The translations under genes were made by a program, and so were the position numbers. The notes under the pieces are model-generated. The model was given only the letters and a program-made list of their open reading frames with translations, was not told the origin of the DNA and ran no database searches. Of a stretch of DNA of 64,000 bases, positions 37,097 to 46,252 are shown piece after piece. How positions within the stretch are numbered: position 1 is the first letter of the stretch; every line of letters starts with the position of its first letter. Source of the DNA: a bacterium (GTDB lineage: Bacteria > Patescibacteriota > Microgenomatia > UBA1400 > UBA12108); NCBI GenBank assembly GCA_043827085.1, contig JBDRPO010000016.1, positions 42,752 through 106,751 of the forward strand, read 5' to 3'.

Positions 37097-38769
37097 TGAA
37101 ATATATGACTGACATAAAAGTTAAAACAAAAGTATATGTCGATGCCTCAGCCGAGGAGATTTTTCAAGCAATCCTTGAAAGTAGGGGATATAAAACCACA
37201 AGCGAGCAGGAAGCATTCTTAAATCCTTCCGCGCCCACTCTCGATTTACTCCTTGGGCAGTCCGGTCTCAAAAAAACTACTCTCAAAAAAGCCAAAGCGA
37301 TTCTCGACTCTCATTTGAAAAGTAACCATGATATCTGCGTTTTCGGTGACTACGACGCTGACGGCGTGACCGCCACGGCTATTATGTGGCAAGCCGTCTC
37401 GGCTTACGCCAAAGTCCAAGAATCAAAGTCGCACGTCCTCCCCTTTATCCCCGATCGTCATCGCCACGGCTATGGCTTAGGTGACAAAGCAGTGGCCGAA
37501 GTTATTGGTGGTGAAGCCTTTCGCACCACTCAATTTCAAGGTTTTGCCCCCAAACTCATCGTGACGGTTGATACCGGCATTGTGGCGCACGTTGGCATCA
37601 AGTCTTTTGTAAATGCCAAAATTGATGTGATCGTCACTGATCACCACCAGCCCGAAGAGAAGCTCCCTCCCGCTAGCTGTATTGTTTATACGCTCGCGAC
37701 CAGTGGTGCCGGCTTGGCTTGGATCTTTTCGATGTATCTCCTCGGGAGTCCCGCAGGGAAACTTCTCGATTTAGCCACTATCGGGGTGATTGCCGACATG
37801 ATGCCCCTGACCGGCCTCAACCGCTCGATAATCGCGCGTGGCTTGGACGCTCTCTCTCACACCTTGAGACCCGGCCTCCTCGCTATGAAAAAAGCCATGG
37901 GGATAGGGGAAAAGGATCTCTCCACTTATGACATCAGCTTTGGTATCGCCCCGCGTCTCAATGCCGCGGGTCGGATCTACAATCCGCTCGATGCTCTCCG
38001 GCTCATGTGCACGAGCGACAAAAATCTGGCAACTGAACTAGCCGGGAAAATCGAATCACACAATCGCGATCGCCAAGAATATACTGACCATGCCCTCCGC
38101 CTCGCGGCTAGTTACACTGCCGCTCATAAAATAATCATCGTCTCGGGTGACTACCATGAAGGTGTGATTGGGCTAGTGGCCGGCAAGCTCACTGAAATAT
38201 ATCACCGTCCCGCCATCGTGATGAGTGACAACGGCGAAGTAGTAAAAGGCTCAGCCCGCTCTGTATCGGGTATAAATATCACCGAGCTTTTACGCTCACT
38301 AAAAACTCCATTTCTTGGCTTAGGTGGTCACGAGCAGGCGGCTGGATTTAACTTGGCTCGCAACAAAGTTACCGGCTTTACCAAAGAACTTAAAACTCTC
38401 GCCGATCGAGAGATCAAGGACACTCTACTCATCAAAAGTGAGTCCGCTGATCTCACGCTCCCCCTTAAATCTACTTCCCTCAAGTTAGCCAAGATGTTAT
38501 CTACTCTTGAGCCAATCGGCATCGGCAACCCCAAACCCAAATTTATTCTTTATGACTTAAATGTGCTGGAAGACCGCGAGCTTGGGGCTGGTGGCAAGCA
38601 CCACAAACTCACAGTGGAGCAAGGTGGGGCGACCCGTGAACTCCTTATGTTTAATACCGTTCATTCCCATCCTCTCGATCATATAAGCACACTAATTTGT
38701 ACACTCGACGTCAATGTTTGGCGAGACCGCGAATCGCTTCAACTCATAGGTAGTTATGTGGAAAATTAA
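37096..38769 (+). CDS. recJ: Single-stranded-DNA-specific exonuclease RecJ
   Basis: DHH motifs (VFGDYDADGVTA; VTVDTG; DHH at ...VIVTDHHQP) plus a DHHA1 domain. Confidence 0.9.
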   Translation: MKYMTDIKVKTKVYVDASAEEIFQAILESRGYKTTSEQEAFLNPSAPTLDLLLGQSGLKKTTLKKAKAILDSHLKSNHDICVFGDYDADGVTATAIMWQAVSAYAKVQESKSHVLPFIPDRHRHGYGLGDKAVAEVIGGEAFRTTQFQGFAPKLIVTVDTGIVAHVGIKSFVNAKIDVIVTDHHQPEEKLPPASCIVYTLATSGAGLAWIFSMYLLGSPAGKLLDLATIGVIADMMPLTGLNRSIIARGLDALSHTLRPGLLAMKKAMGIGEKDLSTYDISFGIAPRLNAAGRIYNPLDALRLMCTSDKNLATELAGKIESHNRDRQEYTDHALRLAASYTAAHKIIIVSGDYHEGVIGLVAGKLTEIYHRPAIVMSDNGEVVKGSARSVSGINITELLRSLKTPFLGLGGHEQAAGFNLARNKVTGFTKELKTLADREIKDTLLIKSESADLTLPLKSTSLKLAKMLSTLEPIGIGNPKPKFILYDLNVLEDRELGAGGKHHKLTVEQGGATRELLMFNTVHSHPLDHISTLICTLDVNVWRDRESLQLIGSYVEN

Positions 38770-39718
38770 ACTCTTTCACGAATTCATTGCTCGCTTCCAG
38801 AAAATGGATCTCCCGCGCCAGCTATTAGCTGTAAGCTGTATGCTGTTAGCTTTTCTTTATCCCGGCCACAACTCTCTCCAAACTATTGTTCTAACTCCTG
38901 GCGAAGTTCGCGCCTACTCACTCGCCACACCGATACTTTCCCTTTATCCCAAAAATGATGGTACCAAAGCTCCTGGTGTTTCCGCTCGCGCCGTCATCGT
39001 CCAAGACGCAGTAGGGAAAACCATCATGTACGAGAAAAATCCGGATACTTATCTTCTCCCCGCCTCGATTACCAAAGTTATGACCGCCCTCGTCGCACTC
39101 GACAACTGGCCTGACTTAAATACCGTGATTACTGTCAAGAATGAAGATCGCGCGATAGGTCAAACCATCGAACTTCAGAAAGGTGAGCAAATCACTCTCA
39201 TTAACATCCTCTACGGTCTCCTTGTTCACTCCGGCAACGACGCGGCGCTTGCGATCGCCGACAACTATCCCGGCGGCTACTCTGATTTTGTCGCTGCCAT
39301 GAACGTCAAAGCCAAGGAGCTTCATCTAGACCACACTACCTACAAAAACCCGTCAGGTGTTGAGCAGTACGGTCACGTCACGACCGCTCGCGACCTTGCC
39401 GTTCTAGCCTCAACTGCACTGCAAAATCAAATCATTGCGAGTGTTGTTGATACCAAAAAAATCACCGTGACCGATGTTTCAGGCGAAATCGTTCACGAAC
39501 TAGTCACAACCAACGAGCTCTTGGGGGAAATTCACGGACTCAAAGGACTCAAGACCGGCTGGACCACCAATGCCGGCGAGTGCCTAGTCAGCTACATCGA
39601 CCGTGATGGCAAAAGGATTATCGTCGTAGTCCTAGGCTCGCTTGATCGCTTTGGTGACACTCGCCTCCTCGTCGACTGGACCTACTCCCACCACGACTGG
39701 ATTACCCCTGTACTCTAA
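38756..39718 (+). CDS. D-alanyl-D-alanine carboxypeptidase (S11 / PBP5-like)
   Basis: SxxK motif PASITKVMTA, SGN (HSGND) and KTG (KTGWT). Confidence 0.8.
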   Translation: MWKIKLFHEFIARFQKMDLPRQLLAVSCMLLAFLYPGHNSLQTIVLTPGEVRAYSLATPILSLYPKNDGTKAPGVSARAVIVQDAVGKTIMYEKNPDTYLLPASITKVMTALVALDNWPDLNTVITVKNEDRAIGQTIELQKGEQITLINILYGLLVHSGNDAALAIADNYPGGYSDFVAAMNVKAKELHLDHTTYKNPSGVEQYGHVTTARDLAVLASTALQNQIIASVVDTKKITVTDVSGEIVHELVTTNELLGEIHGLKGLKTGWTTNAGECLVSYIDRDGKRIIVVVLGSLDRFGDTRLLVDWTYSHHDWITPVL

Positions 39719-39732
39719 GTTATAATCACCAT

Positions 39733-41133
39733 ATGCTACGCACGCTCATCAAGGAAACAATCAAAAAAATCGGCGAGACAGTCACCCTAAAAGGGTGGAT
39801 AAGTACAAAAAGAGATCATGGGAAACTTACATTTATTGACCTCCGCGACCGGACCGGAACCATCCAGTGTGTTGGCTATCAAAAAATGGGGGAGTTAACT
39901 ACAGAATCTGTAATTGAAGTGACAGGAATTCTGAAAGAACGAAACGATAAGAGTATCAATCCTGAGTTACCTTTGGGAACCATAGAAATAGATGTTCAAG
40001 AGTATGTGGTGGCAGGAAAAGCAACCGAACTACCTATCCACGTTAAAGAAGCCGGTGGTAATGACGTGTCAGAAGATATTCGCCTACGCTATCGCTACCT
40101 CGATTTACGTCGTGATCACATGCAAAAAATTATGCGACTCAGGTCTATCTATTCGCATACTTTACGTCAAGCCTTTATAGATCGAGATTTTGTAGAAGTA
40201 GAAACACCCATTCTTTCGAAAGCGACCATGGAAGGTGCACGCGACTTTCTCGTTCCCTCCCGTTTTCAGCACGGTAAATTCTATGCATTACCCCAAAGTC
40301 CTCAACAATATAAACAACTTCTCATGGTAGCCGGGGTAGATCGTTATTTCCAATTCGCGAGGTGTTTCAGAGATGAAGATTTGCGTGCAGATCGCGGGTT
40401 TGAGTTTACGCAGGTTGATGTAGAGATGAGCTTTTTGACGAGTGACGAAATTCGAGGGACAATGGAAGATGTTGTTAAGCAAGCAGTAAAAGCCGTTGGT
40501 GGCAAACTCAAAGATGAAGTCTTCCCAGTATATTCGTTTGCTGATGTTATCAAACAATTTGGCACCGATAAATTTGATCTCCGTACAGAATCAGAAAAAA
40601 ATGATGGAACATTAGCATTTGCCTGGGTTACTCGGTTTCCATTCTTTAAAAAAATTGACAAAGGGGATGTCGCCGAACTCCGGGACGGCAAGAGTGGGTG
40701 GACCTTTACCCACAATCCATTCGGAGCTCCAATTCCTGAACACACACAGTGGCATCTAAAAGGTGAGCACATTGAAGAAATTATCGCCGATCAATACGAC
40801 TTAGTATGCAATGGGTACGAAGTAGGTGGGGGTAGTATCAGAGCTCACAAACCAGAACTTCTGGCCGCTACTTATCGGACCATGGGTTATACCGAAGCAG
40901 AAACTCAAGCTAGTATTGGTCATATGCTTGAGGCGTTCTCGTATGGTGTGCCACCTCACGGTGGAATTGCCTTGGGACTTGATCGTCAAATAATGTTATT
41001 GGCGAACGAAAATTCACTCAAAGAAGCAATTGCTTTCCCCATGACATCAACAGGGCATACTGCAGTCATGGATGGTCCGAATATTGCCACGGACGAACAG
41101 CTGAAAGAATTAGGGTTAAAAATAAATAAGTAA
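39733..41133 (+). CDS. aspS: Aspartate--tRNA ligase, compact form lacking the GAD insertion domain
   Basis: Class IIb motifs are present (FRDEDLRADRGFEFTQVDVEMSF; GGGSIRAH; GLDRQIMLL). At 466 aa with no GAD insert, it could alternatively be AsnRS-like, but the anticodon-binding N-terminus looks more AspRS-like. Confidence 0.7.
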   Translation: MLRTLIKETIKKIGETVTLKGWISTKRDHGKLTFIDLRDRTGTIQCVGYQKMGELTTESVIEVTGILKERNDKSINPELPLGTIEIDVQEYVVAGKATELPIHVKEAGGNDVSEDIRLRYRYLDLRRDHMQKIMRLRSIYSHTLRQAFIDRDFVEVETPILSKATMEGARDFLVPSRFQHGKFYALPQSPQQYKQLLMVAGVDRYFQFARCFRDEDLRADRGFEFTQVDVEMSFLTSDEIRGTMEDVVKQAVKAVGGKLKDEVFPVYSFADVIKQFGTDKFDLRTESEKNDGTLAFAWVTRFPFFKKIDKGDVAELRDGKSGWTFTHNPFGAPIPEHTQWHLKGEHIEEIIADQYDLVCNGYEVGGGSIRAHKPELLAATYRTMGYTEAETQASIGHMLEAFSYGVPPHGGIALGLDRQIMLLANENSLKEAIAFPMTSTGHTAVMDGPNIATDEQLKELGLKINK

Positions 41134-41136
41134 AAT

Positions 41137-42189
41137 TTATTCAGTCCACGCGTCACTTACCGCCGGTACATAAGCTACAAAATCAGGGTCACCCGTAAAC
41201 ACATACACCGGCTGCATAAATTGTTGAGGCATATCCGCGTCGTAATACTGGAGCGTGATGTCGCGAATTGTAACGTTTGTCGTATTCGGCTTCACCCCCG
41301 CGATAAACCCAGTTCCTTTTTGCAATCTCTGCCACGCTTCGGCGACGCCGATCAGGGGGTACACCGCCGAGCGGTCAAGGTCAACCGGGTAGTAGTTGTA
41401 ATCCAAGTTCACAAACTGTCGCTCATCCTCTCGCTGCAGGGCCAATATCCCGGTAATTAGACCGCTATCTGAGTGTGGTGCGACGACGTCCACCCCGTCT
41501 ACCGGCGCCCGGTACAGATTAACTCGTACAAAATGAGCTTGGGATAGTGAAGCTGCCGCGACAATCTGGTCTTTATCCCCCTTTAGATACTGAACCGTCG
41601 ATTTGCCTTCTTTAATATCGTCAGGGAGCAGCTCAACCCGTCCAAGCAAGTTGTACAACCTATCGAGAGCCTGCGGATCAGTATAGTAAATGGTTGGGAT
41701 TGTATAACTAGGATCCAATTGCCACTTTTTATCGAGGACAAACGAACCGGTAATGATATTTATAGTCAGGGATGAAGGGATTGGGTCAGTAGAGTTCCAC
41801 CGGTACTCCGTTTCCGACAATTTCGTCGGTTGCTCAATAAAGTCTAGCTTGGTCGCAACGGCAGAAGCTGCGTCGTACGCAAGTAGATTGGCTTTCTTGA
41901 TCGGCATAAAGAAAACTTTGAATTGATTAGGTAATCGGGTCGGTAGTCCTCCAGTTGGAGTCTCGAGTTTATACGTGTATGACACCGATTCCACCAACTG
42001 CGGGAACTGGATCTTGGGGATCTTACCAAACAACACGTCTGGCGGGGGAGGGGGGGCGGGATGAAGCTTCTTCCAGTATGCGATCGACGCCGTGAGTACA
42101 ATCCGTCCAACCATGAGAAATACAAGGGTAAGCCCTCCATACTTAATCGCCTTCCGGGCCACAACCGCCGTCTCTCCAAGTGTTGCCAT
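41137..42189 (-). CDS. Hypothetical membrane-anchored protein (N-terminal TM, Pro-rich linker, large extracytoplasmic domain)
   Basis: No recognisable motif. It may be operonic with the convergent terminator region. Confidence 0.45.
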   Translation of the reverse strand: MATLGETAVVARKAIKYGGLTLVFLMVGRIVLTASIAYWKKLHPAPPPPPDVLFGKIPKIQFPQLVESVSYTYKLETPTGGLPTRLPNQFKVFFMPIKKANLLAYDAASAVATKLDFIEQPTKLSETEYRWNSTDPIPSSLTINIITGSFVLDKKWQLDPSYTIPTIYYTDPQALDRLYNLLGRVELLPDDIKEGKSTVQYLKGDKDQIVAAASLSQAHFVRVNLYRAPVDGVDVVAPHSDSGLITGILALQREDERQFVNLDYNYYPVDLDRSAVYPLIGVAEAWQRLQKGTGFIAGVKPNTTNVTIRDITLQYYDADMPQQFMQPVYVFTGDPDFVAYVPAVSDAWTE

Positions 42190-42248
42190 AAGTTTAGTAT
42201 ACGGTATTCAGACTGCAATTCTCAAACAAGTAAACAACGTGCCGTCAG

Positions 42249-42314
42249 AGGGTCTGACCTTAAAGGACTCAAGTGCAAAAAGCACCTGAAAAGACCCCAA
42301 AAAGGTCAGACCCT
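42249..42314. repeat. REP/MITE-like element copy D (short subtype) upstream of gltX
   Basis: AGGGTCTGACCTTAAAGGAC...AAAAGGTCAGACCCTAA. Confidence 0.7.
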
Positions 42315-42332
42315 AATGTATAATCCAACCAT

Positions 42333-43727
42333 ATGGTAGTACGCACTCGTATCGCCCCTAGTCCGACTGGTATTGCCCACTTAGGCACAGCCTATACCGC
42401 CATGCGCAATCTCGCAATTGCCAGGCAAAACAATGGGAAATTTATTATTCGCATCGAAGACACCGATCGTGAGCGCTACATCGAGGGCGCAGTTGATGTC
42501 ATTTTCGACGCACTAAAATGGTTAGGTCTTACCTATGACGAAGGCCCTTACACTCAGTCAGAGCGGCTCGCGATCTACCAAAAGCACGCCAAGCAGCTAG
42601 TCGAGAAAGGGCAGGCCTACTACTGTTTCTGCACCAAAGAGCGCCTCGACGAGGTGAAGCAAGCCGCGATCGCCAAAAAAGAACTCCCCCGCTACGACCG
42701 CCACTGTCGCTCCTTAGATCAGAAAGTTGCAGGGAAGCGCGCAGAAACTGAACCTCACGTGATTCGTCTCAAAGTCCCCGAGTCAGGAGTGACGATTTGT
42801 CAGGATGTAGTAAGAGGTCCCATCGAGTTCCAAAACTCTGGGATCGACGATCAGGTGATCCTCAAATCCGATGGCTACCCCACCTACCACCTCGGCGTGG
42901 TCGTGGATGATCACTTAATGGGTATCACCCATGTGATCCGTGGTGAGGAATGGCTCTCCAGTTCCCCGAAGCATATCTTGCTCTACCAGGCCTTCGGCTG
43001 GGAGCTGCCCGTCTTTGCCCACTTGCCAATAATTAGAAATAAAGATCATAGCAAGATGAGTAAAAGGAAAAACGACGTTTCTATCCTTTCTCACCGCGAC
43101 AAAGGTTATCTCCCCGAAGCCATCAATAACTTTATAGCTCTTATGGGTTGGTCCCATCCAGAGAAAAAAGAAATCTTCACGCTCGACGAGTTCTTGCGTC
43201 TCTTCACACTCAACAGAATTACTCTGACCGCTCCTGTTTATGATCTCGAAAAACTCAACTGGATCAACGGCCAATACATCCGCTCTATGTCAGACTCTGA
43301 GCTCTTAGAACGTCTCAAACCCTTCTTGTCATCTGATTGCTCTCCTACGCTCGCAACCCAGATCCTTCCTCTCATCAAAGAGCGGCTAGTCACTCTCAAA
43401 GATTTCGAGTCTCTGACCGACTTCTTCTACCGCGATGTCAAAGTTGATCCAACCCTCCTTACCAAAAAATCTACGATAGAAGAAGTAAAGTCCCAGCTTA
43501 CTGCAACCAATACTTCTCTTTCTTCCATTGAAGACAAAGATTGGACAAGTGAAAACATTGAACAAAAAGTTAGGTCATTAGCTGAAACTAATGGTTGGAA
43601 GCCTGGTCAATACTTTATGCTGCTCCGCGTGGCCGTGACCGGCAAGACTGCCACTCCACCTCTTTTTGAAACCATGACCGTCCTCGGTCGTGAAAAGTGC
43701 CTTTCTCGCTTGTCCGCCATGGTCTGA
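42333..43727 (+). CDS. gltX: Glutamate--tRNA ligase
   Basis: HIGH variant (PSPTGIAHLGT) and KMSKR are present. Confidence 0.93.
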   Translation: MVVRTRIAPSPTGIAHLGTAYTAMRNLAIARQNNGKFIIRIEDTDRERYIEGAVDVIFDALKWLGLTYDEGPYTQSERLAIYQKHAKQLVEKGQAYYCFCTKERLDEVKQAAIAKKELPRYDRHCRSLDQKVAGKRAETEPHVIRLKVPESGVTICQDVVRGPIEFQNSGIDDQVILKSDGYPTYHLGVVVDDHLMGITHVIRGEEWLSSSPKHILLYQAFGWELPVFAHLPIIRNKDHSKMSKRKNDVSILSHRDKGYLPEAINNFIALMGWSHPEKKEIFTLDEFLRLFTLNRITLTAPVYDLEKLNWINGQYIRSMSDSELLERLKPFLSSDCSPTLATQILPLIKERLVTLKDFESLTDFFYRDVKVDPTLLTKKSTIEEVKSQLTATNTSLSSIEDKDWTSENIEQKVRSLAETNGWKPGQYFMLLRVAVTGKTATPPLFETMTVLGREKCLSRLSAMV

Positions 43728-43805
43728 CCTGCTAAGGAGATCCTGGCCAGCGGCCAAGATGTTTAGTCGACTTCAAAATACAATTGGAAGATCAGGTCAG
43801 ACCCT
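43721..43805. repeat. REP/MITE-like element copy E lying between convergent gltX and proS and overlapping both stop codons
   Basis: GGTCTGACCTGCTAAGGAGATCC-[TGGCCAGCGGCCA hairpin]-GATGTTTAGTCGACTTCAAAATACAAT...CAGGTCAGACCCT. Confidence 0.8.
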
Positions 43806-45057
43806 ACAGTTGCGACTTTGCGATTTCCACCAACTCTTCCACACTCACGAGCTTTGTCTCTTTCTCACTCCTCATCTTCACCTCAATTTTATCTTGGGTT
43901 TTAGTAGACACGACGGCACGGATCGGACAGCCGATCATATCCGCCTCCCCTAGTTTCTGTCCTGCCCCCACATCCGTCCGGTCGTCATACAATACTTCAA
44001 CTCCAGCCCTGATCAGTTCTTGGTAAACCTCATCTGCTTTTTTGATCACACTTTCATCATTCGTATTGATACTCGCCAGGTGGACGGTAAATGGAGCAAC
44101 CGCCGCCGGCCAGACGATCCCTCGCTCATCATTAAACTTCTCGACCACGACGCCCATCGTCCGCGAGATCCCAATCCCGTAACAACCCATGATTGGGTAG
44201 ATCTTTTCCCCCTTTTCGTTGGGGATCGTGAGTTCAAATGCCTTGGTATACTTTTGTCCCAAATCAAATACATTCCCCACCTCCGATGCCATTGCACTCT
44301 TGAGCTTATCTTTCTTGCAGATCGGGCAGTCGTCGCCGATTTTATATTTCTTAATATCATCCGTATTTACGCAGTAATCACACTTATCGCAGTACAAAAC
44401 TGGGGCTTCTCCTGCGTCGGTCAGTACTTCAAACTCGTAGGAGACTTTCTCGGTAAACGCCCCGCCCGATGCCTCCGTTGCTTTAGCAGTCAGTCCCATC
44501 CGCTTAAACACTCGTAAATACGCTGCCTTTGCCTCAGCATAAAACTTATCAAAATCCTCTTGGGTCGCGTGCCAGCTATACATATCTTTCATCAAAAACT
44601 CGCGCCCCCGCAGGATCCCAGATTTACTCCTCAATTCATCTCGGAACTTAGAGTTGATATGGTAGATTGCGAGGGGAAGGTCTTTGCTACTGTGGATCCA
44701 CTCTTTGGCGAGGGGCGTGACCGTCTCCTCGTTACTTTGGGCGAGTGCATACTCGCGGTCGGTCCGGCTTTTCACTTTAAACAAAACGTCGATCTTGTCC
44801 CAGCCTCCAGTTTGTTTCCAAAGTGCGGAGGGGTGGAGGATCGGCATCAGGACTTCTTGCCCGCCGATTGTGTTCATTTCTTCCCTTATAATTTGTGATA
44901 TCTTATCAAGGACTCGCTTCCCCAGTGGCAAATAGGTATAGACCCCGGCCATCACTTGTCGCACAAACCCAGCCTGTACCAGGAGTTTATGGTTCATCGT
45001 TTCCGCTGCCGCCGGGGCAGTCTTGAGGGTTTTGACAAACATTTTTGAGTACTTCAT
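43804..45057 (-). CDS. proS: Proline--tRNA ligase (bacterial-type core without the INS editing domain)
   Basis: Class II motifs are present (FRDE...RGREFLMKD; GCYGIGISR) and the N-terminal sequence (VRQVMAGVYTYLPLG) is ProRS-like. The start is at the MKYSKMF ATG, which sits behind an AAGGAG site. Confidence 0.8.
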   Translation of the reverse strand: MKYSKMFVKTLKTAPAAAETMNHKLLVQAGFVRQVMAGVYTYLPLGKRVLDKISQIIREEMNTIGGQEVLMPILHPSALWKQTGGWDKIDVLFKVKSRTDREYALAQSNEETVTPLAKEWIHSSKDLPLAIYHINSKFRDELRSKSGILRGREFLMKDMYSWHATQEDFDKFYAEAKAAYLRVFKRMGLTAKATEASGGAFTEKVSYEFEVLTDAGEAPVLYCDKCDYCVNTDDIKKYKIGDDCPICKKDKLKSAMASEVGNVFDLGQKYTKAFELTIPNEKGEKIYPIMGCYGIGISRTMGVVVEKFNDERGIVWPAAVAPFTVHLASINTNDESVIKKADEVYQELIRAGVEVLYDDRTDVGAGQKLGEADMIGCPIRAVVSTKTQDKIEVKMRSEKETKLVSVEELVEIAKSQL

Positions 45058-45067
45058 ATTGGGCTCC

Positions 45068-45403
45068 TTAGTATAATTTTCCGCCAACTATTGCTTCGTT
45101 TCTATCTGGTACTATCAGTATACACTCGTGATCCTCATCAGGCACCCCAAGCGTCAATATTTCCGACTGGAATGGTCCTATTTGGCGGGGAGGGAAGTTT
45201 ACTACCCCCAACACCAACTTATTCATCAGTTGCCCCTTTGTATAGTGCTTGACCAACTGAGCACTAGACACTTTAATCCCTATTTCAGCTCCAAAATCTA
45301 CTTTCAGTTTATAAGAAGGTTTTCTGGCCTCAGGGAAATCCTCAACCGCCACAATTTTTCCCACTCGGATGTCCAGCTTTGTAAAATCATCATATGTTGC
45401 CAT
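45068..45403 (-). CDS. tRNA-binding protein (CsaA/Trbp111/EMAP-like OB-fold)
   Basis: LDIRVGKIV...E.HP.A.KL..L.VD.G is a MetRS-C-terminal-like tRNA-binding domain pattern. Confidence 0.75.
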   Translation of the reverse strand: MATYDDFTKLDIRVGKIVAVEDFPEARKPSYKLKVDFGAEIGIKVSSAQLVKHYTKGQLMNKLVLGVVNFPPRQIGPFQSEILTLGVPDEDHECILIVPDRNEAIVGGKLY

Positions 45404-45600
45404 ACATTTGTCCTCAATAATTTAAATGACAAAAAACCCTTGCACATCCCCAAAAAGGAACATGCAAGGGTCTTTTCAGACGGTACCACCTCGCTATTTA
45501 CTTCATTACTGCGTCTCGTGCAGCCTACGTAGTGCTCATCGCACCCAGCTCCAGGGCGGGAACCCTTTCATCGCTTTGTCACTTTTTAGACATCCATGAA
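45404..45600 (-). promoter_or_regulatory. Probable T-box riboswitch leader controlling the CsaA-proS operon
   Basis: The minus-strand leader carries AAAUAGCGAGGUGGUACCGUCU, which matches the T-box core GGUGGUACCG. Next comes a GUCU-GAAA-AGAC mini-helix, then a terminator (CCCUUGCA...UGCAAGGG + UUUUUUG) whose 5' strand can alternatively pair with the T-box 5' side (antiterminator). A K-turn-like GCG-A-UGA / AGA-CGC motif sits at the putative Stem I base. Confidence 0.5.
45431..45477. terminator. Bidirectional intrinsic terminator hairpin (8-bp stem CCCTTGCA/TGCAAGGG), part of the T-box expression platform on the minus strand
   Basis: Stem-loop with a T-run on the minus strand (GGGTTTTTTGTC) and TCTTTT on the plus strand. 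Confidence 0.6.
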
Positions 45601-45601
45601 T

Positions 45602-46252
45602 TCATTGTACAGTATAAGTCAATAACTCCTCAAACAGGGGCTCGACATCTTCTTCGCTGATCTCATCTAAATCTACATTTGTTTGCCTTCTAACTTGCTC
45701 TTCCAATTTATACAAAAAGTCATACCACCCCATCTCTCGCCCATACCTCCTCTGTAAGTCCTCGATCCTCTTTTTTAGTGTAGTCACCCCAGTAGGCACC
45801 ACCCGCACATCACAATACGACAAAATCTTTCCCCCCCAACCTTGCTCCAGTAATTGCGCTGGGTTATCGCTCGCATACCCCGCATGTTCCCGTCCCATTA
45901 TCAGATTAGTGTCATCTTGCCCAAGCTCTGCGACGATCTTAGTCGTTGCTTCATGAGCATTAGTACCATATTTTTCTCTGTACTTTGCTTGTATTTTCTT
46001 CCAGTATTCTAAATTCTCAATTTGTATGATGTTTTTCCCCAAATCAAACTTCACAATATTTCCCATATCATGCAGGAGGAGTGACCGCATGACCAGATCT
46101 CGGTCGATTCCACCCTTCCATCCGTCAACAATTAACTTACCTACTCCCGCCACCCGCAGCATGTGTGTCGCCAACTGCGGCATAATATGATACTTGGCGT
46201 ACACATCTTGGATCGTCATACGTGTAGTATATAATGAATTCATGGCCACCAA
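45602..46252 (-). CDS. HD-domain phosphohydrolase
   Basis: H...LLHDMGN...D pattern of the HD superfamily. Confidence 0.65.
   Translation of the reverse strand: MVAMNSLYTTRMTIQDVYAKYHIMPQLATHMLRVAGVGKLIVDGWKGGIDRDLVMRSLLLHDMGNIVKFDLGKNIIQIENLEYWKKIQAKYREKYGTNAHEATTKIVAELGQDDTNLIMGREHAGYASDNPAQLLEQGWGGKILSYCDVRVVPTGVTTLKKRIEDLQRRYGREMGWYDFLYKLEEQVRRQTNVDLDEISEEDVEPLFEELLTYTVQ

Noticed and set aside
44020-44898. Plus-strand ORFs of 165 and 112 aa inside proS.
   Set aside because: They are antisense to a clear class II aaRS gene.
45480-45600. Possible SRP (4.5S) RNA or tRNA in the 200-bp gap between the HD gene and the CsaA-like gene.
   Set aside because: No GGAAGCAGCC-type SRP domain IV motif and no tRNA T-loop were found. 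The T-box core GGUGGUACCG plus the adjacent terminator explain the region better.
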